DNA of 59,610 nucleotides from the NCBI GenBank assembly GCA_963827655.1, contig CAWHCF010000003.1, positions 1 through 59,610 of the forward strand, in the 5' to 3' direction. A program made the position numbers and the translations under genes. The DNA is from an uncultured Acidobacteriota bacterium. Lineage in GTDB: Bacteria; Acidobacteriota; UBA6911. Under the pieces are notes generated by a model. It was given only the letters and a program-made list of their open reading frames with translations. It ran no database searches and had not been told where the DNA came from. Below, one piece after another: positions 39,912 through 49,951 of this stretch (positions are counted from its first letter, which is position 1; each line of letters starts with the position of its first letter).

Positions 39912-41489
39912 TTAAGCCGCATTCGAGAGAAAACTACGCAGTCGGGCTTTCTCGGACCTATTCAGCCAGAGCAAATATCCGAGACCAAGCCCCAAAAAGA
40001 GAGTAGCCAACCCGGAAATCAGCAGCTGCGCCAGATTCATGGCGGAGAGACCGGAAAAAATCCAGTGCTCGATGATGTAGAGCATGCTAAAAACGGGGAT
40101 ACCCCTCAGTAAAACCTCCGAAGCAAAAAAAGCAAAGTTCTGCCCCAGCAAGCGGCAGGCCCTCCACGGAATCATGGAGCCGCAGATCAGAATATCGGCG
40201 CCCAGCAACCCATACACGACTCCCGCAACACCGAATCTGCCACTCAAAACGAACCCGAAATACAACCCGAGGCATGCCGCAACAAACTGGCAAATCGCCA
40301 GGCCCTTATGATTATTTGACGATGCCAGTAGTAACGAACTCATCATCCACCATGCCTGAGACACCTGAAACAAAAGCAGGCCGAACATCAACCCTGAATC
40401 GTAAACGATACGATCCTGGGTCCAGAACTCAATGATATGGGCAGCCGTGAAGTACAAGAAGACGGCCAATGAGAGATTGAGCATCAACAGCATCTTGGCG
40501 GTAAGTAAATGTATCTCTCCAAGAGCCTGATGCTTGCCCCGCGCTTCCAAGGCAGTAAACTCCGGCCAGAGCGCGTTGTAAATGGAAAATGAGCCCTGCC
40601 TCAGAAGATTCGCCAGCGTTCGGGACGTGGCAAAGACGGCGACGCTCATCGAGCCGAGTGTGGCACTTACCACCAGCGTGCTCCCCTGAACAATCACAAT
40701 GGTTGCGATGTGAATCAAGAAGAAGAGAGCACTCGGAGCGAGAAACAAGATCGCTTCTGCAAAGTCCGCCTTGCTCAACCCGATGTGAATTTGAGGATGC
40801 CGGCGTCTCAGGTCTATCTGCACATACACCATTCCTACAGCCAGGGTTAACATTTGCAACAGTGCAACCGACGTGAGTTTTCCTCCCGCCGCAACCACTA
40901 CCGCCGTCAAGATAACTGAACCAAGGCGGAACATGTTGCTGATCATTATTTCGCGCGGATATTCACCAGCCGCTCTGTAGATCCCGGCTATGACGCCGGT
41001 CGGAACAGCCACTACGATTTGCAACGTCAACAGCATTCCCACGACGGTTACAGTGGCAGGCTTGGTCACCGTAAATTGAAACCAGCTGGCAATCGGCAGA
41101 AACCACAGACCTGAGAACATGAGCAGCGCAGCGACAGCAGAAACCAAGAGATAAAGATAGAGGGCGCTGTGGAGGATTCGCGAACAGGCCTCAAGTTCGC
41201 CCCGGACATAGCATTGATTCATGCGATTGATAACGTAACTTTGAATTCCGAAATCCACTAGAGTCAAGTAGGCCACAGCCGCCGAGAGCGTCAGCCATTC
41301 TCCATAAAGCTGATTGCCCCAGTAGGTCAGGAAGATCGGCACCAGCACAAACTGTCCCGCTACGTTGATCACCTGCCCAAGCACGTTTCCAACAGTCCCT
41401 CCGGTCACCCTGCGAACAACCCGATTGAGGGATTCCCCTGGGTCCGTAGAATCTTCCCGCTCCTTTTGGGTAACTGGCTGATCCGCCAG
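39912..41489 (-). CDS. wzx: Wzx/MATE-like polysaccharide flippase
   Basis: VPIFLTYWG..YGEWL..DFGI; 12-14 TMs. The start is uncertain (CTG after GGAGG at 41489). Confidence 0.8.
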   Translation of the reverse strand: MADQPVTQKEREDSTDPGESLNRVVRRVTGGTVGNVLGQVINVAGQFVLVPIFLTYWGNQLYGEWLTLSAAVAYLTLVDFGIQSYVINRMNQCYVRGELEACSRILHSALYLYLLVSAVAALLMFSGLWFLPIASWFQFTVTKPATVTVVGMLLTLQIVVAVPTGVIAGIYRAAGEYPREIMISNMFRLGSVILTAVVVAAGGKLTSVALLQMLTLAVGMVYVQIDLRRRHPQIHIGLSKADFAEAILFLAPSALFFLIHIATIVIVQGSTLVVSATLGSMSVAVFATSRTLANLLRQGSFSIYNALWPEFTALEARGKHQALGEIHLLTAKMLLMLNLSLAVFLYFTAAHIIEFWTQDRIVYDSGLMFGLLLFQVSQAWWMMSSLLLASSNNHKGLAICQFVAACLGLYFGFVLSGRFGVAGVVYGLLGADILICGSMIPWRACRLLGQNFAFFASEVLLRGIPVFSMLYIIEHWIFSGLSAMNLAQLLISGLATLFLGLGLGYLLWLNRSEKARLRSFLSNAA

Positions 41490-41541
41490 CGAGTCCTCCC
41501 GTTGATTATCTGCGCAATCTCGTCCGAACTGGGGTATCACG

Positions 41542-44157
41542 TTATTGGTCCCTGCGGGGTCCGGGAGCGCTATACCGAATGTCAATGTCACTATCGAATC
41601 GATTGTCGTAGAGGTGCGGGTCGCGGCATAAGGAGTCAACGACTATGCCGCTTGTTTCCGAATAGACATTATTATCTGTGAAAACATTCTGGCGCACTAC
41701 GGTATCCGTTTGCAGGCCGAGGAGTTCCAGATAGATCTTGGCGTCAGTAACCTGGTTGTACTCGATAACCGCGTTCCGCTGCCAGACCCCATCTATCCAA
41801 AAACGGTTAATATCGCCCACCATGAGACCTGCCTCGCGGCTTTCCGTTATCTTATTGTCACGGATAACACTACCAAGCACGAGTGGACCGGTTTCGCTAC
41901 GTGGGGGAACCTCCACCCGGCTCCAGCTCACCACGCCGTACAATGTGTTACTCACCTGGTTATCGACAATTAGAATTCCCCAGCTCGGACAATTATTGGT
42001 GGAGCTGTCGCCGACCGGTCGTCCCGATATTTTACAGACGCAGCTGTTGTGCGTGAGGGATGATATCTCGATCCCCACACGCAACGTGCTAATGATATTG
42101 GCCGCGGCGACCAAATCGAATTGGGATCCGAAAGTGACTATTCCCACATTGGTAAAATTAGGATTACCGAATACAGTGGCAAAACCGTTCAATCGATTTC
42201 TGTAAACGATACTTCGGTAAGAAGTCGTAATAAATGTCAGAACACTGCTTGGTGTTCGGCGTAATATCCCAGGGCCTGTCGATCGTCACGGTGTTGGACG
42301 TATTGGAGCAGAATCCTGACGGTACTGTCCCTCGCCCTCCCCGCTCTGGACGAAGATCACACTGGGTCGCCGCTCGTCGTAATCTGTGAATGCGGTACGA
42401 TCGTCCTCGGCGAAATAGTTTGTTTTCCACGAAACACCAGAAAACGTTACCGTAGGTATCCCCAGGGTAGATGGCCGGCCGGTGAAAAAAGTGCCGGGCG
42501 CTTCAAACATAACCTGTTCCCCACAGGGTCCCAGCGCACAGCCAGTGTCACGGGTCTCATTATCCGCTATGTAGTGATGGGAGGTTAAGCCGTGCCCGTG
42601 TCCTTGGGCTATCCACAACCGGCTCAGGGTCTGATTGGCGCTGCGATCGAGGCTTCTCGCAAAATTGCCGCTGACCTCAACTTCGTTACTGGCCTGGCAG
42701 CTTACGGCTGCCTGCTCACTGCCGTCCGCGCGGTCCGGCCAGTTGCCATCAATGATGTTGTTCTGGAAAAACACCTGGTAGCTGCCGTACACATGAAGCG
42801 CCCACCCCGCAGTGAAGACGCTGTTGATTACCCGCACGTCATTTATCGATCTTGTTCCGATGCTCGTGTGCCTCGAGCCGGAAGCAACCTTGAAACTGCA
42901 ATTCTCAACCAAGGCGCCGGATTTCGTGGGAGTTTGCCCCTCGCCGTCGAAGAACACGAACCCACCAAGCGGGTAGATATCTCTGGTGACGAGACTGCTA
43001 AACCCCATGTTTCGCACGCGACTTGGAAATCCAGTTATATGCAGGACGGCCACGTGAGGAAAGCTTGCCGGAGTAACCTCCAAAACGGACACAGTGCTGC
43101 CGGCCCCTTCGATGGATATCGCACGCTTTGCGCTGAGCGGACGCGAAACCAGAAACTTTCCTGCAGGAAAGAGAACAATGTCGCCGTTCTCCGCTGCATC
43201 CAGCGCCGTCTGTATTGCGGTTGTATCATCGGTAAAATCATTCGGGGTAGCGCCATAGTTTATTATGTCTCGGGTGGTCCCGGCCCAGGCATACGGGCTC
43301 ATGGCTTCCACATAAAGCTTGAGCGGACCACTCCAGCCATAGTCACCCCCGTGCCCGTTATGCACCCAGACCTCATAGTCGCGATTCGTCGGGAGTCCGG
43401 CGGGAACCGTGAAGGTAACCTTATAGGGGTTTACCGCGGTCACCGTAGCGGCAGTCGAGGGAGTACTGGCGTCTTCTCCCCACGGTCGCAGATATACGTA
43501 GCTCGCAGTTTCGCCATTATTTTGGGATAAGTTGCGTCCGTAGATACTCACCGCTGATCCGGTAGTTCCGTGATTCGGCCCTACCCACCAGGCCTCCGTG
43601 GCATTAATTCGAACCGGGTAGCTCGTTCCATCAGCATTTTCCGCCCAGACCAAATACATGCCATAGGGTTCTGTGGGCGAGATCAAACCGGTAATCGCCG
43701 CGGCGTTCTCCTGAAGCAGACTGACACTCGAGAGCGTCCCGTTCTCGCTGGTCGTCTGCGAATAGATCCACAATCGGGTATCGGATTCGCTTTGGGTACC
43801 ATTTCTCGCGGTGAATTTGGCGCCTTGCAGAACGAAGCTTCGGTCAGGGGATGCCTGGCGGGTAAACTCAGAGATCGTCGGAGCCCCCTCTGAAACCTTG
43901 CCGTTCAAAACCACGGCGAACGGGTCACCTGGCGCCGTGGGACGATCAGGAGGCATGGTAAAGTGGTAAGTCATCAAATCGAGGTCAAAGTTCGTTTCCT
44001 GATAAACACCGTCATTAGTCTTGAGCACTGGACCAGGCAAGGCGAAACCCTGGCTCGAAACTAACGGTCGACCGCCAGTTGGAGTCTTGCCCTTTTTCGC
44101 ATAGGAGGTTAAGCCCAAGAGGGTAAGAATCAATGCGAGACTGGTTTTTCTGATCAT
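41542..44157 (-). CDS. Secreted right-handed beta-helix protein (pectate lyase 3-like), frameshifted at ~42310 and ~42250
   Basis: Signal peptide; YGATPND.TDDTTAIQTAL..VLFPAG; N/I/V-rich rungs continuing across three ORFs. Confidence 0.75.
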
Positions 44158-44162
44158 CTTTC

Positions 44163-44810
44163 TTATCGTAACTTAGCTAGCAACACGCTGACCTTAAGCG
44201 TCCCCTTGTCTCCATAGAAGGTCGCTCCCCAGGGATATTTAGAGTCGGGCGGGAGTCCCCAGGAACGGTGTTGCCAGATCACCTTTACTTCGTCGAAATC
44301 GAAGGTAGCAACCTGCGTGTCGGCAATGTTAGCTCTGCTGTTGTGCTGAAACAGGATGCCGCCCGACGAGTCGATGCGCCGCGGCCAGCCAAGGTCCAGC
44401 ATCCAGCGCACCATGTCGAGCATATGGATGCACATGTCTCCCATGATGCCGTTGCCGTATTCCATGAATGCGCGCCAGCTGCGCGGATGCACCAGGCGGT
44501 TGTACGGACGTAGAGGCGCAGGTCCGGTCCACATCTCGTAATCGAGATTCTCGGGCGGCTGCGTGTCGGGGGGATTGCTCTCAGCGCGCATGTGGTAGTA
44601 GCAGTAAAATTTCGGACCAACCCGATTTTGCCGAGCCGTCCCTGGCGAATGATGTTGTCACGCGCCTCTGCCAGGTGCGGTGTGCTGCGGCGCTGCGTTC
44701 CGATCTGCACGACGCGGCCGTGCTTGCGCGCCGCGGCGAGCAGCACTTGGCCCTCGATCACGTCCACGCTGATCGGCTTCTGGCACCATACGTCGGCACC
44801 GGCCTGGAGC
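44163..44810 (-). pseudogene. Internal fragment of a Gfo/Idh/MocA oxidoreductase
   Basis: AGADVWCQKP, VQIGTQRRS, MWTGPAP, GDMCIHMLD, FYGDKGTL; lacks the N-terminal Rossmann fold and the C-terminus. Confidence 0.8.
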
Positions 44811-44872
44811 GGATAGGCGGAACAAAGAGTCATTTTCAGCTCAAGTCACCGTGGGCCCCAGATTAAGCTGGA

Positions 44873-45655
44873 TCATGGGCGCTGTCGCGAAACCATGAAG
44901 ACCTCAGCGTTCATGGTGTACGACGCCAAGGGCTCTACACTGAAACATCCCTGCGCGCTCAAGAATTCGTCGAACGCTCTGCTCTCACCAAGATTAACGG
45001 CGGCGAGATCGTTATAAGCATGCCAATCATCGAACAGTATCAGTGCAACGTCCTTAATAAGCGGACCGCAGAAGGTCAGAGCCTCTTTAGCCGAGAGATA
45101 CATATCACAATCCACCATTATCACACTTGCCTTGGTGATACCCGCCTTTTCAATAAACGTCGGCGTCAGAGAGTCGCTGAACCAGCCCGGTATCAAGGAC
45201 ACTCGATTCGGATCGATGCGCTCATCCTCCAAAATCTGTCTTGCAAACCGATAGTCGCACTGAAACTGCCCGGGAAACCAGGCTCCTCCGTCATCGGTTC
45301 TTGCACTTTCCGGCAGACCCTGGAATGAATCAAAGCCAAAGAGACGCACGTGGCTTAAGCCCAGCGATTCAAGTTCTTTGTACACACAAACGAGCGATGT
45401 GCAACTATGTACGCCGAACTCGAGATAATCGCCGAGTTCTATGGGTCCGATCCTCTCGATCAACTCCTGCAAACCGCGTCGGAGTATGGCACGGAATCGT
45501 CGTTGCGGAATCATGTCATAGCTGAGACGCCGATGTTTTCGCTTCTGGCGCTCGAGCCAGCCGCGCACAGGTCCAAGGGCATGACGAAGTGGAGTGTCCA
45601 GAACATCGTTCAGTCCCCTTGCGATGAGCCGTGAAGCAAGCTTCCGAGTTACCAT
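44873..45655 (-). CDS. TylF/MycF-family O-methyltransferase
   Basis: YLEFGV, GFDSFQGLP, GWFSDSL, VDCDMY, FDDW. Confidence 0.9.
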   Translation of the reverse strand: MVTRKLASRLIARGLNDVLDTPLRHALGPVRGWLERQKRKHRRLSYDMIPQRRFRAILRRGLQELIERIGPIELGDYLEFGVHSCTSLVCVYKELESLGLSHVRLFGFDSFQGLPESARTDDGGAWFPGQFQCDYRFARQILEDERIDPNRVSLIPGWFSDSLTPTFIEKAGITKASVIMVDCDMYLSAKEALTFCGPLIKDVALILFDDWHAYNDLAAVNLGESRAFDEFLSAQGCFSVEPLASYTMNAEVFMVSRQRP

Positions 45656-45956
45656 TTTCTCACTCCGTATTCGAACGTCTCGGCGGATCGATGAATCTTA
45701 TCACCGCATCCGGCGCAGACGGCTTCGATTGTACGGAACCTGGTGGGGCGGGAGAGGTCGAGGAATCCCATTTCCTAGTTTTGTCGGCGCGGAGGAATGC
45801 CCGCCGAGGCCGTGCAGCGCGAGCTCGCCCGGGCGCAAAGTAGCGTTCTGGTTGTGGACAAACGCCGCAGGGCATCGTGTAACGACCTCAGCTTCTTTTT
45901 GGTCGTTTTGGATGAAAGCCATCGGACTGAATCGCCAGCATCAGAGACAGCTGCGA

Positions 45957-47752
45957 CTAAGGATTGGAGCGGCGCACTGCGTGATTGCCTAAATACAACA
46001 CATCCATTCGCGTCTTCCTGAAGCACTCTATGGCGTCGCCCGGCATGCAGACGATAGGTTCGTTTTCATTGAACGAGGTGTTGAGCACAACAGGCACCCC
46101 AGTGATGTCGTGGAAATCTGAGATCAGCCGATGGTACAACGGGTTTGTCTCACGCGAGACTGTCTGCAGTCGACCCGACCCGTCCACGTGTGTGACGGCC
46201 GGAATCTCAGCGCGCCGCTGAGGCTTGACTTGATAGACCATCAACATCGACGGCGCCGGATGAGTCTGCTCGAAATAGTCGCCGACGCGCTCTTCGAGGA
46301 TAGAAGGCGCGAAGGGACGAAAGGGCTCGCGTTTTTTGATGCGCCAGTTCAGGATGTTTTTCATCTCAGCCCGTCGCGGATCGACCAGGATTGACCGGTT
46401 GCCCAATGCCCGCGGGCCGAACTCCATACGTCCCTGGAACCAGCCTACAATCTTGCTGTCAGCGATGTCTCTGGCCGCGCGCTTCGTCAGCTCCCGGTCG
46501 GTGTAGGTCTCGAATTCCAGACCGCTTAGCTCAAGCTCAGCGCGGAGTTCTCCGTCTGAGAATTCGGGACCGGTGTAAGGCGACTTCCATCACGAAATCG
46601 CGCGGCCGCTTGAGAATCTGATTGTAAATGTGGAAACAGACGCCCAGCGCGGTCCCGCTGTCACCCGCCGCAGGCTGCACGAAGATGCGGCGAAACGGGG
46701 TATTCAACAGGATCTTGCCGTTCATTACCGAGTTGTACGCGACGCCGCCGGCAAGTCCCAAATCAGTAAGACCAGTCTTTTCAAAGAGGTGATTCAGCAC
46801 GTGAAACCCCACCTCCTCCAGCCGCATTTGAAGGCTCGCGGCGATGTCCCGGTCTCGATCGGTCAGGGGGGAGCACTCAGTTCGAGGCGGTCCGAATCTG
46901 TTTGTGTACTCGTCCGAGAAGATGCGGCCCAGGACTGGCGAGCCATCATCCCAGGTCATATCAATACCTTCGGCGTGATGGCGAAAGTAATCCAGGTTCA
47001 GTTGAAAGCGCCCGTTTTCGGTCCGTCCTGATCATGTCCCGGAACTCTTCGATAAAGCTCGGCTTTCCATAAGGCGCCAGGCCCATGATCTTGCCTTCAT
47101 CGCCGTAGTGGGGAAAACCGAGGAACTGAGTGGTCGCAGTATAGAGAATGCCAGCCGAATGAGGGTATTCCACCTGTCCCAAGACCTCGATCGAGTTCCC
47201 CTCGCCCACTCCCCACATCGTCGAGATGAAATCTCCGAAGCCATCGATTGAGAGCAATGCCGCGCGGTCAAACGGCGAGACAAAGAAACAGCTCGCCAGG
47301 TGTGCCTGATGGTGCTCGACATTATGAAACTGTGCTCGGAGCTCCTTCTTCGAGATGCCAAGGGCCTTCGCCAAATCTTCCCTGAGATCGCGAATCCTGG
47401 CGGCGTTTTCGAGTCGATCAGCCACCTGTCTTAATATCCCGGGGCCGCGCTCAACCTCAGCCGAGTCATCAGGGCGGCCAGCACTGCCGATTCGTCTGGC
47501 CGCTCTCATGGCTGCAAACATTACCTTCTTGTGCAAGTGGGCGGCTGGATCTCTCGAGATACCGACATGCTCTACTTCTTCAATAGAGGCGCCCGCCGCC
47601 TCCAGACAATAACATATGGACCGGGTGGGAAAGCCCGCGCAATGTTTTTGCCGGTTGAACCGCTCTTCTTCAGCCGCGGCGATCAGTTTGCCATCGCGAA
47701 TGAGCGCAGCCGAAGCATCACCGTGGTACGCATTGATACCGAGAACCATCAT
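45957..47752 (-). CDS. NodU/CmcH-family O-carbamoyltransferase (+1 frameshifts ~47020 and ~46545)
   Basis: HGDASAAL..EEERFNR.KH, EHHQAH, GKIMGLAPYG, AGGVAYN, EFGPRALGNRS, RPFAP, LNTSFN. Confidence 0.92.
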
Positions 47753-47813
47753 GTGGCAGTCTTTATGACCTCGCTATTTCATTGGACGTCGTGCTTGGAA
47801 TTCTTACAGGAAC

Positions 47814-48314
47814 CTACGAACACCTTGTTCGTGCCATTTCTTCCAGCTCGCTGCGTATGATAGCAACCAGTTGGGGCGGCGGATTGTTCGACCTGATTCT
47901 TCCCGCGGACAGCGCTTTCTTCACAGCTTCCTCGAGCTCCCCGGGCTCGTAGGCCACAATTACCTTACCCAGTCTTTCCAGGTGTCTGGCGTTCTCGACC
48001 TGATGGTCGTCGATATGTTCGCCCATTTTCGAGGTGCGAGGCATCAAGACGGGGGTTTTCCCAAACCTGCAGGCACTCAACACCGCACCTCCGCCGGCTT
48101 GCAAGATGACGAGCTCCGCGTCGGCGATGTGCCGCTCGAATTCTTGCATTTCCATGAATGGGATGGTCTTGCAATAGAGTGATGTGAATTCTGTATGTCC
48201 ATGCTGGACGATGACAGGCTCAGGCAGTTTCCCGAGTTCAGCCATTTCTTCGACGGCCAGCAGCAGTCTCCTAAAGGGCCGTCTTAAATTGCCCAAAGAT
48301 ACAAATGTGCTCAT
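47814..48314 (-). CDS. pssE: PssE/Cps14G-like glycosyltransferase (GT28 C-terminal-like half)
   Basis: TFVSLG..FRRL, VQHG, PR..GEHIDDHQ. Confidence 0.82.
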   Translation of the reverse strand: MSTFVSLGNLRRPFRRLLLAVEEMAELGKLPEPVIVQHGHTEFTSLYCKTIPFMEMQEFERHIADAELVILQAGGGAVLSACRFGKTPVLMPRTSKMGEHIDDHQVENARHLERLGKVIVAYEPGELEEAVKKALSAGRIRSNNPPPQLVAIIRSELEEMARTRCS

Positions 48315-48805
48315 ACCAGAGGGCCTCCATAGATGCCGTCCGGATACACCTCCCTCAGGGATTCCCATTGATAATAGAAGCGATGTGCCAGGTGGTACAT
48401 AATCCGTCCTGTCAGTGAAGCGCTATGACAGCGCGTGAACGTCTCGATGAAAATAATCCTGGTGCGAAATAGAAGCCTCCCGACGATCGCGAATGGAACG
48501 GCAGGTCCCGCGCCGGTACTTAGTATGGCGTCGGGTCGCTCCTTCCAGAGTATCCGAAGCGCCTCCCAGAGGTTTACGAAGAACAGCCAGTCGCGCTCCG
48601 AGTGTCGGATGAAGTAGGTCTTCTCTGACATGTCCTTGGGCAATATCGCAAGGTCATTCAATACGTAAAAATGCTGGTAGTCTTCGTAAACGGGTTTGAG
48701 CGCCCGCACCTCTGTGAGATGGCCTCCGCAGGAGGAAACAATGCAGAGCTTCAGCGTACTGTTATTCGCAGAGGAGCCGATTTTTCCCTTCAACCCAGCA
48801 GCCAT
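48311..48805 (-). CDS. pssD: PssD/Cps14F (Alg14-like) glycosyltransferase partner
   Basis: SSCGGHL, ILSTGAG, FIET, SLTG, YQW. Confidence 0.85.
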   Translation of the reverse strand: MAAGLKGKIGSSANNSTLKLCIVSSCGGHLTEVRALKPVYEDYQHFYVLNDLAILPKDMSEKTYFIRHSERDWLFFVNLWEALRILWKERPDAILSTGAGPAVPFAIVGRLLFRTRIIFIETFTRCHSASLTGRIMYHLAHRFYYQWESLREVYPDGIYGGPLV

Positions 48806-48914
48806 AGCGTTTCGTGCCGCCAACGTCAGACCCTATGGATTGTGTTATGAGGATTTTGTTTCCGTCTGAAACTGAGGGCCTCAACGCAGGATCCGTCAGC
48901 TTCTTGCTCTGGGC

Positions 48915-49895
48915 TCAGGCGGGAGGCATAGCGAAAGTTTTATTCCGATGAATCCGCCATCGCTCCGGCAGCCATCGCAGCATGGCCCAGAGGGTATTGC
49001 CGAAGCCCGTTACCTGATTTATGCCCCTGAGCAGTGTGAGAGCTCGCAGGTTACCATGGAGAGCCAGCTTCAGGGCAAACCATAAATGATATTGCATTGT
49101 ATGAACTGCCCAGCGCGGCGCGCCATCGACCTGCGAGACGACTGGATCACTCAGGAGCATCCTCACCATTTCGATCGCTTCGGTGGAGTCGATCAGATTT
49201 CGGAAGTTGACGCCTGATAGCTGTGCGGTATGGAATCTCATCGTTGCGACAGGAGTCTTGGAGATCAGAATGGCGTGAAACCTGGCAAGGCGATAGATCC
49301 ACTCCCAGTCTGCGGCATGCTTCCAATCCTCTCTAAAGCCGCCCACCTGATGGAATACCGGTTTAGGAAAAACCATCCCTGTCAGGCTGCAGTTGAGGCT
49401 CCCGTATTTGAGCAGCAGGGGGAGCGCTGCACGGGGTTCGAAGAGTTGCCGCTGCTCCTTCGCAAAGTCGTCGTAGTAACCAGCAGCATAACTTGGCAGG
49501 GGCCGGTCGTTGCAATCCACAACATCTACCGGCGACAGGATCAAGCCGGCAGTGGGGTACTCTTGCGAAGACTTCAGGCTCGCTTCCAAACACCGTGGCA
49601 GCAGGAAATCATCGCTGCACAGCAATACAACATAAACGCCCTGGCAACGCTCGATTGCCTGATTCAAATTAGGGAAGAGGCCAAGGTTCTTGGAATTAGA
49701 GTATACCTTTATTTGCGGAATCGAACTGTATTTCCTATAGAGTTCTCGAGTTTCTGTATCGGATGCGTCATCCGCTATAATCAGTTCCCATTTCTTGTAC
49801 GTCTGATTCAGAACACTATCTATCGCTTTGCTTAAATACTCAGGCCTGTTGTAGACGGGCAAAACGACGGATACTAGCGGCTCGTGGTTATTCAT
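48915..49895 (-). CDS. GT2 glycosyltransferase
   Basis: VSVVLPVYN, DDASD, LCSDD, DWEW. Confidence 0.9.
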   Translation of the reverse strand: MNNHEPLVSVVLPVYNRPEYLSKAIDSVLNQTYKKWELIIADDASDTETRELYRKYSSIPQIKVYSNSKNLGLFPNLNQAIERCQGVYVVLLCSDDFLLPRCLEASLKSSQEYPTAGLILSPVDVVDCNDRPLPSYAAGYYDDFAKEQRQLFEPRAALPLLLKYGSLNCSLTGMVFPKPVFHQVGGFREDWKHAADWEWIYRLARFHAILISKTPVATMRFHTAQLSGVNFRNLIDSTEAIEMVRMLLSDPVVSQVDGAPRWAVHTMQYHLWFALKLALHGNLRALTLLRGINQVTGFGNTLWAMLRWLPERWRIHRNKTFAMPPA

Positions 49896-49951
49896 AATAC
49901 GTTGGTTTTGGAGGTTGGTTTGTGGTGAGTGGCGATTCAGACGAAACCAGG

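Noticed and set aside
45660-45956. Small ORFs between the TylF and carbamoyltransferase genes
   Set aside because: No motif, RBS or coding signal that I can support.
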